A DNA stretch of 64,000 nucleotides, from the NCBI GenBank assembly GCA_039621445.1, contig CP154954.1, positions 46,541,847 through 46,605,846 on the forward strand. The letters run 5' to 3'. This document shows, one piece after another, positions 1-23,450 of the stretch. Numbering within the stretch: the first letter of the stretch is position 1; each line of letters begins with the position of its first letter. Source of the stretch: Euglena gracilis (Eukaryota). A program made the position numbers and the translations under genes. The notes below the pieces were generated by a model. It saw only the letters and a list, made by a program, of their open reading frames with translations, made no database searches and was not told where the DNA came from.

Positions 1-382
1 TACAGAGTTGGGCCAGTGTCACATACTCAGGGATTCCCACAAATTCGTGCTGATGACCTTGATTCTGGGTCGTGATCATGACTAATTGAGCCACCAAAAA
101 AGCGTCCGTTTTTTCACATTTCCTGAGCAAATCAGCAATATACTTTCAATGCAATGCAATTTTTTTTGCAGCAGTTTGTGGCATTTTGCAGGGTTTCAGA
201 ATATCACAAAAAAAAACATTGTCTGAAAGATGGTGCAGGTGCCTGGGTCAAGCTGTTGGCCATTTTCGACTAAATTGTCAAAAACTTTGGGCCATTGGAT
301 CAATTTTGTCTGTGTTGGCCATGATGGTCAATCATTGTGGTCAATCATTACTGGCCCAATGTGGCCAATTTTGGAATATGCA

Positions 383-732
383 TTAACCCCCCCACTTACT
401 AACCCCCCCCTCGGGCCCACCAACTAAACCGGGACTTATAACCCCCCCCCCCCTTCGAGGAAGAAAAATGAAAACCGCCGGGGACGATTTTTTCGGCCGC
501 AAACCACCCAAAAACTGATTTTTTGGCAATTTTTTGAGATCAACCATCATCAAAAAATGCCATTTTTGACCAAATTTGAAAAAAAAATTGCCAATTTGGG
601 AGGGTTTCGGGGTCATTTTGGGGGTTCGGATTTTCACCAACAATTCCGGGACTTATAAACCCCCCCTTCGGCCGACCAACCAAACCAGATCCTACTAACC
701 GCGGGGGTTTATAAGTGGGGGGGGGGGGGTTA
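383..732. mobile_element. MITE with C/G-run terminal inverted repeats, TA-flanked
   Basis: taacccccccactta... versus ...taagtggggggggggggtta. Confidence 0.55.
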
Positions 733-1432
733 CCGAGGGGGGGGAATTGAAGCTGGATAAAATTAGAACCGACAAAATTGGAAGCCGAAAAAATTGGTGC
801 CAAACCTGAAACGGCCCGGAAAAAATTGGCAGGTTTCGTTGGCAAGATGACTGGAAAGGGGGTGATTTTGAAAATTTTGAGGCAGGATTTTCAAAAAGAA
901 CACAAAATCCAACGCTTGGTTGATTGACATTGTCGTGAAACTCAACCTGTGTTACACACGTGTACGTGTGGGGGGGGAGATGGGATTTTTATAAACCAAA
1001 TTTGGGCAAGCTGGCCCACCTACCCCCTGGGGGGGGGGGCAGGGGGGGGCCCACTGTTGGGGGGGGGGTCAATATTGGAATCCACAAAAAATTGGGACTT
1101 AACATAAACGCACAAATCTTTGCAATATTTTGGCAAAAACAGGTCGATTTCGAGGGGAAGAAGGGGGTGATTTCTGGCATTCTTACACCATTGCCCATCT
1201 CCCCCCAGAGCGTGAAAAAAATGTGTTTTGAGATTTTAATTTTTGACCCTGCTTCATCCCCAGACCGGCCATAAGCCATCCCTGAGGGAAAGGGCGGTCC
1301 TTGACGAAAAAAAGCATCTCGTCCCTTGTGGCCTTCCCCGCCGGGGGAAGGGAAGGGGGGCCAGTGAATGCTGAAGCACAAGCCTGATCGATGCCCATAT
1401 TTTGTGCGTGCTTCACACTGAGAAAATGAAAC

Positions 1433-15394
<13,962 letters not shown>

Positions 15395-15400
15395 TGCTGT

Positions 15401-15420
15401 CTGCAAAAAAAAAACAACGA
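15401..15420 (-). promoter_or_regulatory. Polypyrimidine tract and AG, probable spliced-leader trans-splice acceptor of psaD
   Basis: gttgtttttttttttgcag ends 6 nt upstream of the ATG. Confidence 0.65.
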
Positions 15421-15480
15421 AAAAGTCGGGTGTGGAATTTGTACATCGAAATTCCTAATTAGCCGCACACACACACAAAG

Positions 15481-15505
15481 CTTTCTGAGTGTCTATTTTT
15501 TTTCG
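15481..15505 (+). other. Genomic copy of the euglenid spliced-leader exon (relic SL, not followed by a GT donor)
   Basis: CTTTCTGAGTGTCTATTTTTTTTCG matches the 3' 25 nt of the Euglena-type SL; it is followed by CATAAT rather than GT. Confidence 0.9.
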
Positions 15506-15590
15506 CATAATACATGGCGGACAATTGAAAGCCCCTGGTGGGGTCAGGTATCCAAGTCAAGAGTTCAATTGCCATTGAGAGTCACTTACA

Positions 15591-15725
15591 AGTCCTGCTG
15601 GTGCAGGCAGAAGACGTCCTGAAGTCCTGCTGGTGCAGGCAGAAGCAGCCTTGAAGTCCTGCTGGTGCAGGCAGAGGAACTCCTGGTGGTGCAGCAGAAG
15701 AAGTCCTGCTGGTGCAGGCAGGAGC
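15591..15725 (+). repeat. Short tandem repeat (agtcctgctggtgcaggcag)
   Basis: Four to five near-identical units. Confidence 0.75.
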
Positions 15726-15803
15726 GGGTACTGGTGTACTGCTGCAGCTGGACATGCTGTCGTCATTGGCGTACTGGGCTGCTCAGCCCTGGTGGCACCT
15801 TAT

Positions 15804-15918
15804 GGGCCTGCAAAGGCCCCCTCATCTGGGCCTGCAAAGGCCCCCTCATCTGGGCCTGCAAAGGCCCCCTCATCTGGGCCTTCAAAGGCCCCCTCATCTG
15901 GGCCTGCAAAGGCCCCCC
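15804..15918 (+). repeat. 24-bp tandem repeat x5 with hairpin core GGGCCT-GCAA-AGGCCC
   Basis: Units start at 15804, 15828, 15852, 15876 and 15900; the same core recurs about six times in 16672-16842. Confidence 0.9.
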
Positions 15919-15930
15919 ATCTGCCAACCA

Positions 15931-16443
15931 TTAAACCCCCCCCCCCAAATATAAGAAACCCGTTTCTTATATTTGGGTGTCGGCCGATCGGCCCAAAGGG
16001 TTTCTTATATTTGGGGGTTTCTTAAATTTGGGTGTCGAAGGCCGGCCCCAAGGGTTTCTTATAAATGGAACTTTTTCTTCCTTCGGTTCCTTCATATAAA
16101 TAATTACATGTGACCACTGTGTGTAGGATTCAAACAGTGGGGAAGGGGGTCGTGACACGGACAGGTGTTTCCAAATAGCAGTTGCTTCTGAACTCTTGCT
16201 TTGCAAAGAAGAAATAGACTAGATTGGCTTCATCTTTGTGTTGATCACGCCTTGAGATTTGCTGTGACCCATGGTGAAAATGAGGGGTTTCTTATAATTG
16301 GATTGACGTCCAACAGCCCAGGGGTTTCTTATATTTGGGGGTTTCTTATATTTGGGTGTCGGCTGAAAATCAGCCAAAGGGTTTCTTATATTTGGGGGTT
16401 TCTTATAGCGAGGGGTTTCTTATATTTGGGGGGGGGGGTTTAA
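15931..16443. mobile_element. TTAA-flanked MITE
   Basis: ttaaacccccccccccaaatataagaaaccc / gggtttcttatatttgggggggggggtttaa; subterminal gggtttcttatatttggg repeats. Confidence 0.8.
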
Positions 16444-17092
16444 GTGCCACTTTCAGCTCCAGTGTCTTCTTTTCTGTGTTTTGCATTGCATCCCAAACTT
16501 CTGATCAATCGAAATGGCAAACCCGCTATGACACATTTTGCAGCAGTTTTGACTTGACATTGAAAAACATTCTGCCACCCCAACCCCTCAGTGACACATT
16601 TTGCAGCAGTTTTGACTTGACATTGAAAAACATTTTGCCACCCCAACCCCTCAATAACACTGTTTTACCCCAGTGGCCTGCAAAGGCCCTGGGCCTGCAA
16701 AGGCCCACCCCCAACACCATTTTGCTCCAGTGGCCTGCAAAGGCCCTGGGCCTGCAAAGGCCCCCCTGTGACACCTTTTTGTCATGTTTGCAGCATTTTG
16801 TCCCAGTGGCCTACAAAGGCCATGGGCCTGCAAAGGCCCCCCCGGACACCATTTTTGCACTCAGCCTGAAAAGCCCCCGACAAACTGGCAAACCACGCTC
16901 ACCCACATTTTGGCCTGCAACAGTGGCCCCCCAGCCAGACAGCACATCCACTTTTCGGTCTGCAACAGTGGCCCCCCAGCTAGGCAGTTCTGCCAGATTC
17001 TGCTCTCCTGCTCAGCAAAATGAACTTGACAACCCCCAGGTTCCCTCTCCGCTGACCGGAAAAAACCCCCAACGTCGGCCAAACAAATAAAA

Positions 17093-20000
17093 GTGCTTGT
17101 GCCTTCTACTCCTGCAAAAGACGGCACACAGCCTACCCTGGCAGCATCGGGGGGAGCAGGCCGAGGTCGGTCTTTACTGACCTGCGGGGACATTGAAAGT
17201 AACCCCGGACCTCCTACAGACCCACCATTTGTGTCGGTTGAGGATATTGACATGGCACCAGCATCACAAATCTCCATCCCTCCTAATTCACCACGCCCGC
17301 AGAGCCCCCATCGGTGTCGGGTGAGGACGTTGACATGGCGCCAGCATCACAAAACTCCATCCCCCCGACCGCACCACCACCACCCGCAGTGCCACCATTG
17401 GAAAGGGGATCTTGGTTCCCAAATCTGCCGGGTCCGTTGTTCTTTGGCCAACAAGGCCTCCCCTCAATGTGCTCCACGGTCATCATGGCGAACCCAATTG
17501 GCACACAAGGACCAGGACCCTTCCCCTCGTCAGATGTTGGGGCCATGTGGATGCAAGCAAATCAGGCGACGCCTTTCCTGAACTTCTCCAACCCCCCTTT
17601 GGGTGCCAGCTCTTCATCCTCAGTGGCAACAACCGCAGCAGCATCGTCACCAGCCCCAGCTAGACCCCCACCAAGCCCCATTGGTCAAAATCACATTGCT
17701 GGGGTTACGCCATTCTCTGCTCCATGCCCACCATCCCTTCATCCCACTTTTGAGGAAATTTCTTTTTGATGATCGAGGGACCCTTGTATACCTGCCACGT
17801 GGAGCCCTCCTCAATGTCAATCAAACCTACCTGCAACTGATGAAGCATTTCAACATGGAACCTGGCTGGGAAACCCTGCACGCCTTGTGGGCCTTCCCCA
17901 AAGCGGTGCTCTGTCCTTTGCAGCGTGGCGGGCGATCAAACTGGGCGATGGTGGGGAGAAAAATTGCAGAACGAGCTCGCCTGTATCTCACCCGTCCTGT
18001 GTTTGATTCTTGGTTGGACTCCAGTCTCCCACAAAAGCCGCAAGGCAGACAGACAAGGCAAAAAACAGCACTGGCGGCCAAGGCAACTGAAGAACGGTTC
18101 CTCTCCCGCATTGAAAGCCTTGTTGGCCACGGGGCCATTTCAAAAGCCTGCCGAGAGCTCACCTCTGAAGGGGTTCAGAACAGCAATGACCCAAAAGTGA
18201 TTCAAAGGCTACGTGACCTTCACCCACCAGAGCCTCCACCGCGCATCCCAGTGTCCGACTCTTCCCAAACGATCACCTTTCCTTCAGACCCGGAAAGCAC
18301 AAAAGAGCGATTGCAAAATCTGCGCAAAGCTATATTCGGGTTCCCAAAGGAGTCCGCACCGGGCCCTTCTGGCCTGAGACCCGACCACCTCAAGGCCATG
18401 GTTGGAGACTACCCAGGGGCTTGTGGAGATGACCTCCTCGAAGTGCTTGATACCTTCATCTGTCGGGCAATTACAAAGGGTGTTCACCCTGGCATGGCCC
18501 CAATTCTTTCCTCCGCCAGGTTGACGCCGCTGCGAAAACAAAACAAACAAACAGCAATGGAAGAGGATGCTTTTGGAAACCTTGTGGAGCACACGGTGTG
18601 TGATGAAGACACTCGCCACTCGCAGCAGGTGAAACCCTCCGCCGTTTGGTTGGCAAATGTCTCATGCGCCATCCAACAGTGGTAAACGCTTTGAAAGAAC
18701 TGAGTCCCCCACAATGTGGCGTTGGTGTGCCGAATGCTTGTCCACTGATCGCAATGGGAATCCAACAAATGGTGGACACTCTGCACTCGGACAGAGACAA
18801 TCGCTGGGGGCTGCTTCAAGTGGATTTCAGGAATGCCTTCAATTCTTTGTCACGGGAAAAAATCCTGCAATCCATCCGTAGACGATGCCCAGAAGCGTGC
18901 CCTTGGCTGGATTCATGCTACGCCCAACACAGCAAGCTGTATTGTGGAAACCATTGTCTGCCTTCCGAAAGGGGAGCTCAGCAAGGTGACCCATGTGGAC
19001 CAGCCGCTTTCGCCTGGGGAGTACAAGACCTTTGTGAGGGCCTCTCACCCTTGGTCGAATGGCAGGGCTGGTATTTGGATGACGCCCATCTGCTGGGATC
19101 GCCAGCCCAGCTGCACAATGCCCTTGCCTTTCTGATTCGCGAGGCAGCCGCGCTTGGGTTGGCCGTGAACCCTGCAAAGTGTCGATTGTGGGGACCAGCG
19201 TTCACATCAACAGAAGGTGTCCCTTGCATTCCCCCTGGCACGCCACAGGACAGCCCCTTACATCAAATACCACTGACCGCCTTTGTTGCTGGTTCTGGTT
19301 TGAAAGTTTTGGGGGTCCCTGTCCACCACCCCCAAGATGACCGCTTCTGTGAAGAAGTTTGGAATAAGCGCATTGAAGACATCCGACGTTCTTGCACAGT
19401 ACTTCAGCACCTACCTCAATCGCATGTGCAATTCACCTTGCTTCGTTTTTGTTTATCCGCTTGCAAAGTGAATGACCTCTTGCGCGCCTGCAAAATCGCC
19501 TCTGCAACAGCGGCATGCAAGACATTGTCGGGAATTATTCGGGAAACATTCAGTAGCATGGTCGGCTCCCCTTGCACCCCAGAAGAATGGTTGCAAGTTT
19601 CCCTGGCCATCAGATGCGGTGGACTGGGAATCTCCGATCCACTATTTCAACGTGCGCCTGCCAGATTGTCTCAAGTGGTGGACTTCTGTCGAAGAGCTCC
19701 CTCTGTCTTGGGCCTGCCCGCTGCCATGGACATCCTTCCCAAAGACGTTGACGATTGTTTACGGACAGCCCTCAATGAACTTGGTCATTTGGCCCCACTG
19801 CCACAATGGGCCAGTGACAAAAACTTGATCTCTCAGGCACAGTCTCCACACAATTCTCAACGGTGGTGGAATCAGCAGAGCATGCTTGCCCGCCAGAAAA
19901 CACTTCGGGACACATTGAATGGACCTGATGCTGTACGCTTTGCAAGCCAATGCCAACCTCACGCTATGGCATGGGCCGCCTTGACACCATCTCAAGGACT

Positions 20001-20691
20001 CCGCACCCTGTTACCCACGGCTGAATTCCGCTGCACACTTCGTTGGTCCCTCGGAATGACTCTCACACCAATGGAATCCGATCCCAACCTCTGTCCCAAG
20101 TGCTTTGGACAATCTGATTTTCTCGGACACCACCTCGTTTGCTGCAAATCAAACTTCATTACCCGGCGGCACGGGGCTGTCCAAGATTTTCTGACAACCA
20201 CAACACAGAAGGCAGGATTTACAGCCCATAAAGAACAACGAGCTGATGACCGTTCCCGGCCTGGGGACATCTTCATTCCTCGCTTGGACAGTGATGGACC
20301 CGTTGCAGTGGATGTGACAATCCGCCACACCCTTGCGCAAAGTCATCCGTTGCGAAGTGCAGAGAGCCTTTCACAATGGCAAACACGCCAGGAGGCTGAA
20401 AAGCATGCCAAATATGATGCAACATGCCAACGACTGGGCTGGCGGTTGATGCCATTCGTCATGGACTGCTATGGGGGCATGGGACAAGAAGCGCGCTCCT
20501 TGATGGCCACCCTCCTCAAGGCCCTTCTGGGGCAGCGGGAAGGGTGGCAACGGCGTGCCGCAGAAGCAGACATTTGGCAAGGCCTGTCCTTCACACTAAC
20601 CAGAGAAGTCAGCAGACAGCTCGTTTGGAGCTTGTATTCTTCCAAAGATGAGATCACCCTGTCTTCCGCCCACTCACCATATTCTGTCTGA
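17093..20691 (+). CDS. Non-LTR RT-RLE polyprotein (about three frameshifts) with N-terminal 2A-like peptide
   Basis: SAPGPSGLRPDHL, (R)PLAAGETLRRLVGK, VDFRNAFNSLSR, GAQQGDPCGP, WYLDD (19072-19083), LKVLGVPV, GGLGI, CPKC..HHLVCC, RRH, RPGD, VDVTI, EAEKHAKY; frameshifts near 17300, 17760 and 18615. Confidence 0.9.
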
Positions 20692-20709
20692 AGGCCTTTG
20701 AGCCCAAAC

Positions 20710-21306
20710 TGTCGGCTGCCGCTGGCGGCGGCAGCCAAAAATTTCCCAAAAATTCCCAGAAAATTCCCAGTAGGAACCTCCAAAGCAAGTCAACCGCCAC
20801 ACGAGTGGAATTGGAACCGCAGCAAATTTCAAGAAGAATTTGAGAATTCGATTTGAGAATCAGAAAAGAAGAAAAGTCAATTGGAGACTTGAAGAGCAAA
20901 AAGATCAATTCAAATAACATCAGGAAGCCAAGGCATTCATTTCCACATTCTTTGTCCCACTCAACACCTGAACTCAAAGGTACTTGCCCACCTTCTCAAG
21001 TCCAAGGTTTGTTGTGCTCTGCTGTGTGCTTCCAAGTAGGAGGGTTGGTTTGTCTTTGCTCACCTTTTGATCCAAATGTTTGAAAAGGCAAAACAGTGGA
21101 GGCTAAAAACGATCCTACGCGGGGAGACAGGGGGACCTGGGTCGGGGGGGCACACCTCACCCCCATTACCACCTGTGGATTTATTTGAAAACGGGGCCCA
21201 ACTTGCCAAAGGCCCTGGCCTGAGCCCACCAGGGCCAGAAAAAGGAAATTGTGGCCCCAGCGAAAGCAGCCCCCCGGGCGAGCAGGGTCCTCCAAACCCC
21301 CCAACA
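20710..21306 (+). repeat. 5' LTR
   Basis: Near-identical to 28192-28791. Confidence 0.92.
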
Positions 21307-21957
21307 TGGTACGCAGAGGTGGCTTCACTGACTCTGTCAGTGAAGAATTTTTAGATTCCGTTGATGACAAAGAAATCAAAGAATACTGTGACCAATTCAA
21401 ATTGTTGGGAATTCAATTCAGTGATACCCAAACAGAGGAACAAAGAAAAAGGGAGGCTGAATATCTGGCGTCTCAGAGGGAGTTTAGGAAACTCAGATGT
21501 GAAGCAGCCATTGGACATTCTCATGGCCCTGACTCATCTTCTCCATGTCAATCTTGTAAACCGTCAGGGGTAAGCCCAACAAGTTCACTGTCAGGAGAAC
21601 CTGAAGTTAAACAAGAAAGTTTTGACCCTTGTCCAAATGCTTTGCAAATGAGAGGTGTGCGGTGCGAATCTGAATCCGGACAGCTGAGTGTCAAATCAGA
21701 CAGTGTGCAAACTTCAGAGGTCACAAAACCTGAAACTTTTTATGACCCCTGGGATGAGTGGTGGCAAAAAGTTGAGGCAGGTATCACAGAATTGTTTTCA
21801 AACACTTTTCCTCTGAACGAGAGACTGACGAAACTGGAGGAAGTGCCCAGCCAAAGTGAGTCCAGCCACTTGGAGGGACGGACGGCTGAAATTGAAACCC
21901 GTCTGAGAAATTTGGCAGATGGTTTTCATGACCTTTTCACATGAACTTGCAGTGAAA

Positions 21958-23335
21958 TTAAAAACGTGTTCAGCCCGCCAAATGCCTGCCCTGAAATTCG
22001 TGGTCATGAACACGTTTTCAATGAGGGCATTTGTGGCAATGACACGTTTTCAGTGAAGGCATCTGTGTTCAGGCACGTTTTCAATGAGGGCATTTGTGGC
22101 AATGACACGTTTTCAGTGAAGGCATCTGTGTTCAGGCACGTTTTCAGTGAGGGCATCTGTGGCAACCCCCAGCAAGAAAAATCGGCGTGCAAAATCGCAA
22201 TCATGAAAAATCGGCGTGCGGTTGAGAGGCCGGGTGGTCCTCAACGGGTGAGGCGGGTCGGGGGCACTCCACAACACGAAGACGACAACAAGAAGGCTAC
22301 GTTGCCTTGGCACAACGACAGGGAAGGGGCGAAAATCACGGCACACGACAGGCTTTACACAAAAAAGAGCCATACTTTGGTGGCCGCCGCAAATCTTGGC
22401 AATGAAAATGATATGCCAAACCGCAGGCGTCACAGACAACTTTGTTCAGGTCCACACAATTTGGATTTTTCGGAATCGCAACACCACAAAAACCCACATT
22501 TCTCCTGTTCGCGCTCCAGGGAACGCGAAAACATCTCGTTGAAGTGGGGGAATTGGCGCTCTGAGGAAGGCAACACTACTCCCTCGGTCGTTGTTTTGCG
22601 GAATGCCCGAGCGACGGCATTCACGTATGTCTGAAAAGAGGTTGCCAAACGATTCCCTGAAACGAACAAAGTTCCCGACTGCTGCTCACGTTGAGCCACA
22701 CATTGTTCGATGACGCTCGCCTCATCGAACAACAGGCTGGGTTCCAGCTCCCATCCCGTCCAGGCAACAAAGAAAGCATCCAGCTCAGGATAAGAGGCTT
22801 GCCGATGTTGACACAGTTTGGCGAACTCCAAACAGTTGGCAACAGCAGCAAGCTCTGCACCCACGGAGCCGGACTTTTTCTTTGTGTTGCCCTGTGCCAG
22901 CAAGGTGCCATGAAGGGGGTCAACCTTCGGCTTCTTGGCATCTTGCTGGTATACCGCGAGAGCAGCCAGGAACAGTTCCGTTCTAGGGGGTGGTGGCAAA
23001 AGACCATTCACAAAGTTTGCTGTGCGTTTGGCCATATTGGCAGGGCTGCGGAAAAAAGAAAAAAAAAAAGGGGGCGGGGGTGACACGTTTTCAGTGAGGG
23101 CATTTGTGGCAATGACACGTTTTCAGTGAAGGCATCTGTGTTCAGGCACGTTTTCAGTGAGGGCATTTGTGGCAATGACACGCTTTCAGTGCAGGCATAT
23201 GTGTTCAGGCACGTTTTCAGTGAGGGCGCCGTTTTTTGGGTCCGAATTTCACAAATTCGCGTTTTTGACCCCTTGCGTGAATTATGACCACGAATTTCAG
23301 GGCAGGCATTTGGCGGGCTCTGAACACGTTTTTAA
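21958..23335. mobile_element. TTAA-flanked TIR element carrying an unknown ORF
   Basis: ~48-bp TIR aaacgtgttcagcccgccaaatgcctgccctgaaattcgtggtcat; subterminal cacgttttcagtga repeats at 22011-22160 and 23083-23226. Confidence 0.8.
22430..23035 (-). CDS. Hypothetical protein (~200 aa) inside the TIR element
   Basis: MAKRTANFVNGLL...; normal amino-acid composition; preceded by ttttttttctttttttccgcag. Confidence 0.45.
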   Translation of the reverse strand: MAKRTANFVNGLLPPPPRTELFLAALAVYQQDAKKPKVDPLHGTLLAQGNTKKKSGSVGAELAAVANCLEFAKLCQHRQASYPELDAFFVAWTGWELEPSLLFDEASVIEQCVAQREQQSGTLFVSGNRLATSFQTYVNAVARAFRKTTTEGVVLPSSERQFPHFNEMFSRSLEREQEKCGFLWCCDSEKSKLCGPEQSCL

Positions 23336-23450
23336 ACAAATTGTGGCTGAGCCCAGATTTCAGCCTGAAAACGTGTTCAGGGGGCCCCCTTCGGGGGCCC
23401 CCTGGCTGAACACGTTTTCAGGCTGAAATCTGGGCTCAGCCACAATTTGT
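23336..23450. repeat. 115-bp hairpin palindrome
   Basis: 45-bp perfect arms acaaattgtggctgagcccagatttcagcctgaaaacgtgttcag, with an inner GC stem and cTTCGg loop. Confidence 0.9.

Larger units (their letters stand above)
15481..20709 (+). mobile_element. RLE-type (CRE-like) non-LTR retrotransposon; 3' UTR interrupted by an LTR element and probably resuming at 28796
   Basis: RT plus C-terminal Zn knuckle and restriction-like endonuclease; the 5' limit is inferred from the SL and the shared hairpin repeats. Confidence 0.75.

Noticed and set aside
27-81. Possible further minus-strand exon (MITTQNQGHQHEFVGIPE) of the polyprotein
   Set aside because: It has AG/GT ends but no recognisable homology and cannot be phased confidently
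15481-15600. Functional SL RNA gene
   Set aside because: There is no GT donor after the exon and no adjacent 5S or tandem repeat unit; treated as a relic SL
15804-15918. CRISPR-like array of palindromic repeats
   Set aside because: The units are contiguous with identical linkers, there are no unique spacers or cas genes, and the context is eukaryotic
22011-23226. CRISPR-like cacgttttcagtga repeats
   Set aside because: The intervening sequences are themselves repeated; these are subterminal transposon repeats
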